Below, one piece after another: positions 51,820 through 64,000 of a stretch of 64,000 nt of DNA. The notes under the pieces are model-generated. The model did no database searches. It saw nothing but the letters and a program-made list of their open reading frames with translations, and was not told the origin of the DNA. Source of the stretch: Cenococcum geophilum (Eukaryota); assembly GCA_050273025.1 (NCBI GenBank), contig CP158635.1, forward strand, positions 21,266,001 through 21,330,000, in the 5' to 3' direction. A program made the position numbers and the translations under genes. Position 1 is the stretch's first letter, and the number at the start of each line of letters is the position of its first letter.

Positions 51820-53224
51820 CTTAGAAAGAATTAAAGAAAGTTTATAAGTCACTAGAAAGCTTTTAGGTATAAAGAATTCTAAAAGCATAGCTAGAAGATT
51901 TATAAATGGATATATACGAAAACTAAAAAGTAAAGTATATCCTAAGAAGCATAGCAGAGCACTTTATAGAAGATTTCTATAAGGGATTAACTTAAGGATA
52001 TAATGGGGCCATGGGCTTAGTGTTAAGACTTTAAGAGGAGTATATTATTAACGGAATCTAGAGGATAGCTAGAAGGGTTACTAGAGAGTGTCTAGATTGC
52101 TAAAGAAATAAACTAATAAGGCATAAGCTATATAGAGGGCTATAACCTATTAAAATACTAGAAAGACTATAGGAGGTTATATTATAGGACTTTATTATTA
52201 AGTTGCTAAAATTAAGAGATCCTATTACCGGATAAGATTATAACGTAATCTTAGTGATAATAGATAAGCTTATAAAGTGGGGATACTTTATAGCGTATAC
52301 AGAAGAAATATTAGTAGAAGATGTCGCTAGAATCTATGTTAAAGAAGTGTTTACAAGATATGGAGTATTAAGTAAGATTATATCGGACAGAGATCTAAGA
52401 TTCGTAGCAGCATTTTAGAAGGTATTCTTAGCGGAGCAAGGAGTTTAAGCAGCAACTTTTACCGCATATTATCCGCAGACAGACAGTTAAACGGAAAGAT
52501 TAAATTAGACACTAGAGCAGTATCTAAGGCACTATATTAATCACGCATAGAATAATTGGGTATTATTGTTATTAGTTATATAGTTTATATATAATGTAAT
52601 ACTATAGGAAGGAATAGGTACTTTACTATTTAAGGCGAATTATAGATATAAGCCAAGAATATTATTATTGCTATATTAAGTAAAGAAAACGAGTAGTATA
52701 GCTAAGTAGAGAATAGAGACTTTAATAAATCTTTATAAGAACCTTATGGAAATAGCTAAGGTAGTATAGCAAAGAATAAAGAAATACTATGACGCTAAGA
52801 GATCTAAGGGACTAGATCTTAAGGAGGGAGATAAAGTATGGCTACTATATAAAAATTTCAAGAGTTAATAACTAAGTAAGAAGTTGGACCACGTTAGACT
52901 AGGACCTTTTAAAATTACATAAAAAGTTTTACCGGTTATGTTTAAGTTAAACCTACTAGCTAAAATGAAAATCTACCCTATATAGTATATTGTAATGCTA
53001 GAGCCAGTATATAGAAATATTAAGCTACCAATCTATAAAGTAGACACGTATAGAGGATAAGAAGAAGATAAATAGCAAGTTTTAAAGATTGTTAGTTACG
53101 AGGACGTTGATAATAAAATATAGTATAAGGTTAAGTAGATAGGCTATAATAAGACTACCTAGGAACTACTAAAAAATTTAAAGAATGTTATAGGAAAGGT
53201 ATAGGAGTATCGGAAGAAAATAGG

Positions 53225-53836
53225 TTAGGTAATATTAATAAAGAAGGATCGTTAAAGAATAAGTTACCTAAGGGGGACCTAGGAAGAACGACTGCCGAAC
53301 TACTTAGAGTTGTTCCCTTTATAGGAAGAGAGTTAGTTCTCTTATTACTAAGTTCCTGCAGACCTTGTTCTATAAGTTTCCACTCCTTAAAATAAACCTT
53401 CTTACGAACTTTCTTAAGATAAAGGAGATAAGCAGACGCAGAGATATGGGCCTCTAAAGCCTTCTGCTCCGCATTCTAAGAACGTTCTAACTTAGTAAGG
53501 GTATAAGTCAGCTTACTATCTAGATAAGCAGCAGCGGATTAAATATAAAACCCTATAATAAATTACTTAGGGAACTTAAAGACTATTAAGAGTTATAGGA
53601 CGCGTATACTTAGTATTAGTAGAAGAGCGAACGTTATAGGACAAATAAATATTCGCTTTAGTGTACTTTAAGCAAGAGGAAGGTTGCTGAGATAAAGGAC
53701 TCGCTAACGCGACGTAGACTAACCCCTCTTTTATATAACGAGAATACGGAGACAGTATTATTTCACCTAGCGACAGTATAGCAGTAATAGTACGTGCACA
53801 ATGTTGCGCGTGTGAAGAAGAAGAAGCTTTAGGTAT
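53225..53836 (-). pseudogene. Antisense accessory gene of Gypsy F (Zn2Cys6-like + intron + coiled coil)
   Basis: De-RIP MPKASSSSHAQHCART..LSLGEIM.SPCSRC.KEGLVCVALASP.SQQPSSC.ECTKAN. Donor atacgc (RIP of GTACGC) at the same position as in copy C. Confidence 0.75.
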
Positions 53837-55773
53837 AATAAGTAACGATATTAACTAGATTAATTAGACGGATATTATACCTTTAGTAAATAACTTAGAG
53901 ATGCTTAGAATCTTTAAGGATGAAGATAGGAAGGAGGGAAATGGTGTTATAGACGCTTTAAGTACAATGTTATAACTACTGGGAAGGGAGTCGGAAGAAG
54001 CTAGTTAGTTAATATTAGCACGGTCTAGTATAGAGCCAGTGGAATCATATAATGAGGAATAGTAAGCGAGTTATATAACGTGCTATGTAAGGAACGAGAG
54101 GAATGGAGGGAACTTATGTACGTTATATATAATGCGTACCTTATGTATAAGGAGGGTTTCCTAGGAGTATAGTTGTGTATTTAAAGGACTACAGTCCCTA
54201 CTCTAGATAGTTCTTTCCTTGTAGTGATTCTTAGAATATAATTAGAGTTAATCTATTAGGTAACCACTCCACCAGTTATTATTACGTTATTGACTTACTT
54301 GTAATACCTACACACCTAGCCCAATAACAAGCCTATTGTAGTACTTACTACAAGGTTCCGTTATAGGGGGGGCATTATTAGGTAAAACCTAAGTAGATAA
54401 TTATATAGCCGTAAGGTATAGGCGACCCTAGGGCAACCTAGGGGTGACTTACCTATAAGGTACGTGCTCTATATATGCCTAGGGAAAACCCTTCCTACCT
54501 TATATACAGACTCCTCCTTTTCCCTTAAGGATTCGTCTCTATCTATACAATATACCTATTATTCTATTATTGGACTCCCTATTTATATCCTTACCTTATA
54601 ATATAAAGCTATTAAGCTTTAATTAGTAGTAGACGGATTCTATTTATAGGAGGTAGGCTTTATATTAACCCCTATAAAAATAAAACTAGATTTTAAATAA
54701 AACTAGTAATTATAGATACGCTTATAGCTATCCTATTTTATTACTTATCCTTCTTTAAATATTTTAAAGCCTTTTAAAAAAGCCCTAGAAGTAGAGTAGG
54801 CAAGTATTTAAATTGAATTTAACTTTTAACTTTTAGCTTTTTATAGGTAGGAAAGGCCTAGGGTTAAAGGTTAAACAAAGGAACCTATAATGAAAGTTTT
54901 ACTATACTATAGAGGAAGAGTTGGGGAATATAATACCGCAGATAGGCTTCTTACCTATAACGGCAAAGGAAGGCTTGCAAACCTATTATAAAGGTGCTTT
55001 AGCAGTATTAGTTCCCTACCTCTTTCCATCTCCAAAAAAATATTAGGGTTTTAGGGTTCCGGTAAAACCACTATACCTACCCGGCCACTATATTATATTT
55101 CCGCTTTTAGACCTAAACAAAGTCGTTTTAAGCTAAAACTATTAGCAAGAATCCTAAGAGCTATAGTAGTATAGTAGTATAGCCCTGTGTATTCCTATGC
55201 TAAACTTAGCTAGTCCTAAGCATATTTAAGCCCTTCTACTTATACCTAATTTTACCCTAAGCACGTTATAGAGACTAAAATTAGGCACTGTTATATCTAG
55301 GAGCTCCTAGTTTTAGGCCTCTAGTATTCTCTAAAGGGGCCTAGTTTAGAGACCCGCGTCTAGAGATAGCTTAAAAGAGGGGACCCCTTCTTGGCTAGCC
55401 TTTTAGCCTCCCATCTTAGCTAGCCCTTTTATTTAACTAGCTTGTCTATTCTAGCTAGCCTACTTAATCGGCGAACCCTTTTATTCGTCTGGCTTCTCTT
55501 TTCGCCTAGCCTATACAAAAATACCAGTTTAAATAGATATATAAGTTCTACCTTTACAATTATTTCCTTCTTTAGGTTTAAAAACTTGTAGGTAGAGCTT
55601 AAATTAAACCAGTTCTTTGACGCCTATTATAGGGGGCTTAATAAGCTAGAGTTGGGGAGGGATAGAAGATCTAGTACAAAAGAAGGCAATAAAATAGATA
55701 ACTTAACCTAGGAGCTAGTACTTATAGAGGACAATTTATTAATCCACCCCTAGCTATTTTCGTCGGCGGTAGC

Positions 55774-55811
55774 GGCCCAGTTTAGGGAACCCGGGTTCCC
55801 TAAACTAGGCC
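55774..55811. other. 38-bp palindrome with perfect 28-bp core
   Basis: agtttagggaaccc|gggttccctaaact (55779-55806), extendable to 19-bp arms with one RIP-type mismatch. Confidence 0.85.
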
Positions 55812-56023
55812 CACGCGTAAACTCGATAAAATCTACAAAGAATGATAGAGATAGCAGGTATAGACATGGCCACCTTAAGTAATAAGCTTAGGGGCCTAGA
55901 AATGGGACTGAGTATGACTAAAATGCTTTGGAGGCTCCTCCGATGAAGGGTGAAGAGAGTGAGTATAACTGAGCTGAAGTTAAGCCGGGTAAAATATTGC
56001 TTAGTCAAACCTGAATACCGCTA

Positions 56024-56404
56024 ACGTGTTTTATCAGTCATCCAGTAGCCCAAAAACCACTAAAAATTGGAAAAACTGCACCTTGATATCTTGACAACGG
56101 CTTAATAATAAATTCCGAAATTTTATAATTAGCCTTTTGTGCCTATATTAATAAAGTTCTAGTGTAATAAGTCTGGCCAATATTAAAGATATCAGGTTTT
56201 AGCCCCTAATTTTAAGCTAAATTGCGATATTTTTAGAGCTGCTTAACAGATTATTTTTTAAATCTAATAAGAGGTTTAAAATAGGTACAAAAGGCTAATT
56301 ATAAAATTTTGGAATTTATTATTAGGCCATTGTCGAGATATCAAGGTGCAGTTTTTCCAATTTTTAGTGGTTTTTGGGGCTACCGGATGACTGATAAAAC
56401 ACGT
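56024..56404. mobile_element. Tc1/mariner-pogo type MITE, 381 bp, at the AT/GC border
   Basis: ~123-bp TIRs 56024-56146 and 56281-56404 beginning acgtgttttatcagtcatcc; TA on both sides (56022-3, 56405-6). Confidence 0.93.
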
Positions 56405-56787
56405 TAACTTGATTGGGTGCTAAGACTTTTGCGGATATGCACCAATACCGACAGGATAATCTTCGTGGATCCAGACAGCATTGTTCATTCGACCTTTCTA
56501 GTATTCTTGAATTTTATTCAAGAAATCTGGTAAACGGCGTTTTTAAGCCTAAAAATACTAAACCGAACTAGAACCTCGAGATCTTTAATGTGCACCAATG
56601 AATACTGCCACCAGATGAAACATTCTTATCCAGCCCTCATGTTGAAAGTTGAGCGGGACTTCTCTCGAAGGGTTCACTTTGTTGAAAAGTATACTCACAG
56701 CTTTATCGAACCGTCGAACCGTCGAAGCGTTATCCTCAATTTTGCTAATCTTTCCAAAGCGGCTTCGTACGAACCTCGAGCGGGACA

Positions 56788-58501
56788 CTAGGCTTGAAAG
56801 AACACCTGCTGCCCTCTCGCCACAGTGTCTAGTGATAGCTTCGGAGGCTCAACCGCCAACTCTACAGTCGCAACACCCGTCGTGGTCAAAACCTTCCCAT
56901 CAGCATCCACTGCATCAGCCACAACCCCTTCAACCCTTCCTCCCTTGACAACAAGCTCGGTCTCAAAGCTCGTCCTCTTCGCCTCGCCCAAGAACGACCT
57001 AGAGCCAGCCTCATCAGCCACGGAGAAGAAACGCCAAACCGCAGTCTCCGTATCTCCATTCCACGAGACATAGGCCGTAGTGCCGCCACTTTCACTCTCA
57101 AGAAGAACAATCGACGGGACTTCATTCGGCAACCCAGTCCAGTTGTACCTGAATCCACGGTAGTTCTCGACGCCTTCGCCGAGGAAACCCGAGTCCATGT
57201 ACGCGTGAAAGATCGGGGTGCCATCTGCTCGAAACTCTGTGACGGCGCCTTCAGAGCCCCAATTCACAAGAGCGTTGCCATTAGGCAGGAGCTGGGTGCT
57301 CCCCTGGGACTTGGACAGCAGATCGTCCGGCGGATAGAAACCCTGCACAAGCGTAGCCTCCCATGTCCTAGTGTTGAGCTTAATAATCTTGCCCGAAGAC
57401 GTCGGCGCTGTGTGGACTTCACGCCCACGTCCATCTTCAGTGCCATGGGCAGAGTTGTCGTACAAGGAGATGACCTCTTCATCTCCGTCCTGCGAGACGA
57501 AGCGTGCGTGGTGCTGGAAGCAGAACTTGACGCCCTTACCGAGCTTAAAGTCGGATTTCTTGCCGTCGAGGCGCCAAATGATGTCGCCGGTGGAGCCGTT
57601 GATCTTGTGGACGGAGCAGGCGTCGCGGGCGGATATGAGGTAGTTGCCCGAGGTGTCTTTGTCAACGGAGTTGATGTGGAAGTAGTCCCAGGCGTCGGAG
57701 GAGTTGAAACCGGAGCCGGCTTGGCCGGGGTTGATTGGGAGGACGGATTCGGAAGGGGAGACGTGGGAGAGGCTGGACCATTCGAAGAGGAGATGGCCGG
57801 TGGTGAGATCGAGTTCTGTTATGAATCTATTAGCACAGCGGCTGGCGCAAGAGAGTAGAACGATGAGCTACCTTGGAAGATGGCATTGACAATCCACTGT
57901 TGCTCTGGCGAAGCGCCCCATCTCGTCAGATCTCGCGGAACCGGCTGGTAGACCTGAATCAACGCCGTCTCCTCGTTGATGACATGAAACTCGTGCTTGT
58001 CCGTGAGCTTGTGGTTGCCAGCCCTCAGCTCTCGGATAGTCTCATAGTGCTGGTCCAAAATGGTGGTGTGCCCATGACCATGGCCGTATCCAGCATCTGT
58101 TCTATTTGGTCAAAACACCATCGACAGCATAAAAAGGAGCGCTTACTATGATCACCCTCAAAAGAGAACAGCACATCCATCCCATTCCATCTCGCCTTCT
58201 GGAAGTTGGTTGCCCAAATGGAGTAATACCCATATCCCGACCAGACCAAATCACCATCGTCGCGAAGGATGTACGGAGCAGCTTGGCGGGGCCCGTGCTG
58301 CTCCCTAGCTTTATCGGGGAAGCCGGCAAAGGGCGCGAGGAATAGGTATCCCTTTTCGACATCCGCAGTCGCAGAAATAGTAATGTTCAGACGCGGCGGC
58401 GCCAGATCCGGTCTCGACTTGAACTGCCAGTCCGCAGAGACAAGAGGCAAAGCCGCCAGCGCAATGGCAACCAAGGGTAAAAGCACGCCACGGTATTTCA
58501 T
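56788..58501 (-). CDS. Secreted arylsulfotransferase (ASST-domain) protein; exons 58501-58147, 58096-57872, 57815-56788
   Basis: Signal peptide, FKSRPDLAPP, PYILRDDGDLVWSG, DKHEF, WDYFHINSVDKD, FCFQHHARF, SQGSTQLLPNGN..WG, YVSWNGDTE; GT-AG introns restore one frame. Confidence 0.92.
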
Positions 58502-58963
58502 GGTGCTGGCGGACGATATTCGCTACCCATGTTAGAGTGCGTTAAGGTCGCCATGGGGAATGAAGGATACATTGACCTTGTTGAGGCTTCCGCACTATGA
58601 GGGCAATTTGGACAGGTAGAAAGAAAGCTGCCGGAGGAATTGGTAAAGGTGTAAGAGAAATTGGAGAAGGCACCAGATCTCGCTACTCATAAAGTAATGA
58701 CATGTCACCTCGGCGAACTTGGTGGCGTAATTCATGTTCGTTCGGCGTGATGCAGAGGGGTAAAGTCCGGGTTCTGACAAGCGTATGCATGAGCTGCAAA
58801 ACTTTTCAACGGCTTTAGGACTAACCTGGTTACAGCTTCCCTGGTTGCCGTTTATCGATAAGACTTCTACTTATCTTGCTGCTGTGGTGCTGCCCACGTC
58901 TTGTCTCTCAAGTTCATAGATTCCTCTTGTCATTTTGCGCTACCGTCTGGCAGAATACTGAAA

Positions 58964-60829
58964 ATGGCGATTTCTTCTTCTGACTCGGCGGATATAGAAC
59001 AAGACGTTGACGAGACGTCCCCTCTTCTCACGAATCAACACGAGCAAAAATGGAAACCACCGAAGGGCTTCATGTGGATAGAAGTTGGTAAGTTCATGCC
59101 CCGGTAAGACCTCGCCAATTGGATCTCCATGTTCTCTTCAGCTAATGAGCAAAGCAATATTCGCGAATGTCTTCCTCACAGGCTTCGACGGTACCATCAT
59201 GGCATCGACTTACGCATTGATATCCTCGGAATTTTCAGCCGCCAACACGGCGTCGTGGCTCACAACATCCTATCTCATCACGACCACGGCCTTCCAGCCG
59301 CTCTATGGCCGCTTCTCTGACATCTTTGGACGCCGTACCTGCTTCTTTATCGCTGGTACCTCCTTCATGATTGGCTGCTTAGGCTGTGCGGTCGCACAGA
59401 CTGTGTGGGTGCTGAATCTGATGAGAGCAGTGACGGGAATAGGAGGAGGTGGACTGATGACCGTGGCGACGATTATCAACAGCGACTTGATTCCGTTCAG
59501 AAAAAGAGGTATTTACCAAGCTGTGCAGAATGTGCTCTTCGGCTTTGGCAGCATATGTGGAGCGAGCCTGGGAGGAGTGATTGCTGACACTATTGGCTGG
59601 CGATGGTGCTTTATACTGCAGGTGCCGGTCTCCCTTCTTGCTCTTGGAGTCGGATACTTTGCAATCAAAAATCCTGAGAAGTTCGGACATGATGCCTTGG
59701 ATGCGGAAGACCAAAGGTCCGTGTGGCGGAAGGTGGACATTGCCGGATCCGCGCTGCTAATCCTCAGTCTATCTGCCCAGCTTGTTGCGCTGAGTCTTGG
59801 GGGAAACGAACTCCCTTGGAGCAACGTATGGGTCATCACAACGTTGGTCGGAAGCGTGGTACTGCTCGGCTTATTCGTCCTGGTCGAAGCAAAGACCAAG
59901 GCTCTGCCAATTATCCCTCTGCGCATGCTCCGTGGCTTTCGACCAATCGCGACACAATTGGCGAATGTCTTCTTTGGAATGGCTGCGTATGCGGTAAGTC
60001 TCCTGTGGTGCCAGCAGTCGGCAATGCGCTCTGATTCGGTCTGTTAGTTCCTCTTCCAGGTGCCGCTCTTCTTCCAAGTTGTGCTTGGAGAATCGGCATC
60101 CAGGGCTGGAAGCAGACTCATCATCCCATCGCTTGCGACGCTCATAGGAGGTGTGATTGCTGGCGTCGTCATGTCCCGTTGGGGCAAGCTCGCTTCGCTC
60201 GTCAGAGCTGGAGCCTTCCTCATGACTCTTGGAAACGTCCTCGTTGCCACCTTCGAGTTCCACGACTCTGGTTGGAAGTACATCGTCTATCTCTTTCCCG
60301 CCAACCTTGGACAAGGCATGGCGTATCCTAGCACCCTGTTTACGTTTCTGGCGATATTCGATCATTCAGGTTAGTGTTCACGTTTCAACTAATGCCGAGC
60401 AAACAGGCTGACCCAGCGAGCAGACCACGCCGTTTCCTCATCGACCGTCTATTTGATCCGTTCTCTCGGGACGGTTTGGGGCGTGGCTATAACTTCTGCG
60501 ATAACGCAAAATGTGCTCAAGGCTCGCTTGCCCGGCGCTCTGAGTGGAATACCAGATAAATGGAGAGTGCGCCTTTTGCTGTTTTTCCCTGTTGGAACCT
60601 TACAATTGGATGCGTGGAAGCTGACATTTCCACTTCCTCTCGCTAGGTCATCGACGAGATTCGACACTCAGTGGGAGCACTCCATCAATTGCCGCCAGAT
60701 GTGGAGATGCGGGCGCGCATGGTGTATTACGAAGGCATCCGACTGTCGTTTATCGCTTCCTCTGGGTTCGCTCTTGTCGGCTTCATTGCCGCGCTCTTTA
60801 CGAGAGGGCGGGGTCTCGAGCGCTCTTGA
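58964..60829 (+). CDS. MFS transporter, 14-TMS DHA2/Vba-like; introns 59088-59154, 59994-60047, 60370-60423, 60567-60646
   Basis: DETSPLL N-terminal motif, FLTGFDGTI, SWLTTSYL, FQPLYGRFSDIFGRR, GGGGLMT, GWRWCF; spliced frame ends at TGA 60827-60829. Confidence 0.92.
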
Positions 60830-61281
60830 CGAAGGGCTGTTAAACAAGATTGGAAGAAGAGGGAAATTAGAGATGGGTTGGGGAGTGGACAGGTTGAGAC
60901 AGATGGGGACTGGCGTTCGTAGGATTAGGATCTCAGGATTAGATTTTGCATGACTTGTGGAACAGCATGTGATCGGTATTCTACCACTCCAAGGTCTGAA
61001 ATGCGTTCGTCAAGCAGACTCGATCCCGCGAAGAGCTTCGCTCGCCGTGCGGATGATTGTGTGATGGCTGAACTGTAACCTGCCACCCGGGACAGCGACT
61101 CAGACATCGTTGTTCTGGCTGACTCAGCATCACCGCCACCTCCTTGTGGGATTTCCTCGGACTCGCACGCCATGTGGCTCAACCCCCGGCAACCTCGCCC
61201 TCGTCAATGTTTGTGCCATTTCTGACCATCAAGGCGTCAGAGCAACTGTTTCATCCGTTTTCATGACTTCGCAGGGCTCAA

Positions 61282-63262
61282 ATGATGTCTGCCTCCTCTT
61301 CCGTGGAAAGTGGCTCAGACATTCCAATGCTTCTTATCAAGAACACGAGGCTCGAAGCGCGCCGCGACGCATCTTCGAAGGCCTCATGGTCCAGCTCGAG
61401 CGATGAAGAGCTGCAGTCGCTCCTCTACTCTCCGAGTTCGGATAAAGATGAGGATCCAGTCACTGCAGCGTTGTTAGGCGATGACGCCGGCAAAGGCAAG
61501 GGACTCGCTCTTGGCGTCCCTGGTGCCGAGAAGAGATTCTTCTTCCAGCGGTCAAAGACGAGATATGATCCCGAGGCGATTGCGACTCAGCCGTCTGTCT
61601 TTGACGACCCGGATACGCTGGAAGAGTATCGGCCTCCGGACGAGTGGGAGAATGTGCACCGCTTCGATCCAGATGCGAGATGGACGTGGGGTGAAGAGCA
61701 CAAGTTGATTCGTAAGATTGACTTGAGGATCATGATGTTTGCGGCGTTGATGTTTATGGCGTTGGAACTGGATAGGTCAAATATCTATCAGGCGCTGACG
61801 GACGACTTTTTGGACGACCTGGGGATGACTACGAATGGTACGTATGGCTAGAGGCTGAGAATGAAGACAATGCTAATCGCTCCGAGATTACAATTTGGGG
61901 AATAGCGTCTTCAAGTTTGCGTTTCTTTGTGCCGAAGTGCCATCACAGTTAGTAGCAAAATGGGTTGGACCCGACCTCTGGATACCAACCCAGATGGTTG
62001 TATGGTCGCTCGTAGGCTCTTCGCAATACTACTTGAAGGGGCGGACATCATTCTTATTATGTCGAGCGTTTTTGGGAATGCTCCAGGGCGGCTTCATCCC
62101 CGAGGTCTGCCTTTAGCTAGCAATTGTACAAACGCATTCTGACCTGCCCAGGTGATTTTATATCTATCATACTTTTACAAGCACCACGAGCTCTCATTGC
62201 GGCTCGGCTTTTTCTGGACCGCCTCTGCCTTTGCCGATGTTCTCGGCGGCTTCCTTGCCTTTGGCATCCTCCACCTGCGCGGTGTGAACAATCGCGCTGG
62301 CTGGCGGTGGCTCTTTCTCATCGAAGTAGGTTCATCTCTCCTGCACTCCTCATCCCTACTCTAATTCCTCAAAGGGCCTCATCACCCTCGTCGTCGGCCT
62401 CCTAGCCTTCGCCCTCATGCCATCAAGTCCAACCTCCACCTCCGGCTGGCTCCGCGGCTCGCACGGCTGGTTCACCTCACGCGAAGAAACCATCATGGTA
62501 AACCGCGTCATCCGCGAGGACCCAAGCAAGAGCTCCATGCACAACCGCGAGCCCCTAACCCCCAAGCTCCTCTGGCAAAGCATCAAAGACTTCGACCTTT
62601 GGCCCCTCTACATCCTCGGCCTCAACTTCCAAACGCCCATGTTGACTCCGAGCAACTACCTCACCCTCTCTCTCAAAGGGCTAGGCTTCGGAACCTTTGG
62701 TACCAACTTGCTCGTCATCCCAAGCAAAGTCCTGCATGTCGTCACGATGCTGGGCCTCACATATGCCGGCGAGGTTCGCAGCGAGCTCACGTATACGGCG
62801 CTCTTCGGCCAGCTCTGGGCCCTCCCGTTCATCATCTTCATCAACGTCTTCGACATAACCACCATCAACAAGTGGCTCGCCTGGCTCGTCATGACGCTGC
62901 TGCTCTGTTACCCCAGCGCCCACCCCATCCAAGTCGGCTGGAACTCGCGGAATTCAAATACAGTTCGCTCGCGGACTGTGTCGGCTGCGATATACAACAT
63001 GAGCGTGCAGACGTCGGGCATTGTCGCTGCGAACATCTACCGCGATGATGACGCGCCGAGGTATGCGCGTGGTAACAGGGTGCTGTTGGGCATTCTTGTG
63101 CTGAATATTTTTCTGTACCTAGGCACGAAGGTGTATTATAAGAAGAGGAATGAGTACAAGGAGAGGAAGTGGGATTCTATGACGCAGGAGGAGAAGATGG
63201 CGTATCTGGCTACGACGAGTGATAAGGGGAATAAGAGGTTGGAGTTTAGATTTGCCCATTGA
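61282..63262 (+). CDS. MFS anion:cation symporter (Dal5/allantoate permease family), AstA/Soa1-like sulfate/sulfonate transporter; introns 61838-61886, 62105-62151, 62326-62374
   Basis: [77 protein letters not shown]-terminal [11 protein letters not shown]. Substrate is inference. Confidence 0.9.
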
Positions 63263-63787
63263 GGAGTGGTAGACCCCAATGCGAGACCATAGAGAATTAT
63301 AGAACGGGTGTCGATAGCGCTGTGTTACCTTCCTATAAGAGTATAGATCAGGGGTATCTGTGACTCATTCGCCGTGTATATATAGCCTCATTTTCTTCGT
63401 AGATTTCAATCTTTACACGAGTTTCCCTGACGCACGGACTTCCGATGGACAACGGGAAACGACTGATGAGAGCAATATCTCTAGCGAGAGTAGTATTCGA
63501 TGGCTTCCCCATGTATCAGACATGAAGTGAAAACAGCAAAGTCCAGCAGCCTTCTACCGCTGCCGCCAGCCAGGCCAGGAGGCAATATGGGAAGCAAGGC
63601 AACATTCCCAACTTAACCTCTCAATATCACACAAAATTGGAGCACATTGCCCTGTCTAATTCCATCTAGTTTTCCAATGTCGAGCGCCGGCGATAAGGTT
63701 ACTACCAACGCCTTCCACAGCCTAAGAGGAAGGGGTTCTTCAAGGTTTTGAACATATTACGCTGGTTAGAGTTAGGGTTGCTAATCA

Positions 63788-63936
63788 ACCAACCGTTTCA
63801 ACTGATTGATTGATTGCCAAGGCCTCAATTCAATTCAATTCAATCGAAGCTTTATATATTAGATGATCAATTAATCGTGAGGCTCAATTGAATTAAATTG
63901 AATTAAATTGATTGAAATCCAGTTGAAACATTTGGT
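63788..63936. repeat. Small inverted-repeat (MITE-like) element with (CAATT)n/(AATTG)n arms
   Basis: gtttcaactg 63795-63804 vs cagttgaaac 63920-63929; inner caattcaattcaatt vs aattgaattaaattg; no clear TSD. Confidence 0.5.
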
Positions 63937-64000
63937 GTTTTTATGTCGAGATGCCTGAGGAGGTCTTTGAGGATGCTCCGTCTAGATTTTAGTAATGCCT

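Larger units (their letters stand above)
43228..54365 (+). mobile_element. Ty3/Gypsy chromovirus F, full length (family of C), carrying two insertions
   Basis: 421-bp LTRs 43228-43648 and 53945-54365; TSD GGGGG at 43223-43227 and 54366-54370; internal region collinear with C. Confidence 0.93.
36651..54600 (+). mobile_element. Ty3/Gypsy chromovirus E, full length, distinct family; Gypsy F inserted in its PPT
   Basis: 225-bp LTRs 36651-36875 and 54376-54600; TSD ATATA at 36646-36650 and 54601-54605. gag ATG ~36928, protease ~38240, RT YLDDI ~39555, RNase H ~40060-40440, integrase ~41000-42100, chromodomain 42153-42300, AT-hook 42375-42413. Confidence 0.92.

Noticed and set aside
55043..55058. 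Telomere-like ttagggttttagggtt and scattered TTAGGG
   Set aside because: Only two units; RIP readily generates TTAG/CTAA words.
54606..56020. Starship captain (DUF3435) or Helitron end at the AT-block border
   Set aside because: No tyrosine-recombinase or Rep/helicase motifs recognised and no diagnostic termini.
56585..63048. Numerous short overlapping ORFs in the gene-rich end (e.g. 57205-57858, 59871-60365, 60453-60953, 62599-63048)
   Set aside because: Alternative-frame or antisense shadows of the three spliced genes.

Overview
Filamentous ascomycete genomic window. About 1-56.4 kb is an AT-rich block of deeply nested transposons degenerated by RIP (repeat-induced point mutation: CpA>TpA / TpG>TpA changes that turn Gln/Trp codons into stops). 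It contains six Ty3/Gypsy (chromovirus) copies or fragments, two Ty1/Copia elements, two Tc1/mariner elements, a self-priming TRIM, a hAT MITE, a pogo-type MITE, a CACTA-like element built from tandem repeats and an unclassified insertion with a 14-bp TSD. Most boundaries are fixed by matching TSDs. A small GC-balanced island (33.2-36 kb) holds a truncated ubiquitin-domain/zinc-finger gene and a broken transcription-factor gene. From ~56.4 kb the sequence is GC-balanced and carries three intact spliced genes: a secreted arylsulfotransferase, a 14-TMS MFS transporter and an AstA/Soa1-like permease, together a probable sulfur-scavenging cluster. Most notable: (i) a spliced antisense Zn2Cys6-like gene in all four copies of one Gypsy family; (ii) a palindromic module shared by the 3' regions of a Copia and two different Gypsy elements; (iii) a TRIM with a perfect 15-bp self-priming duplex whose ends match a resident Gypsy that has a chromodomain+AT-hook integrase. 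Peptides quoted from RIP regions are my manual de-RIP reconstructions.
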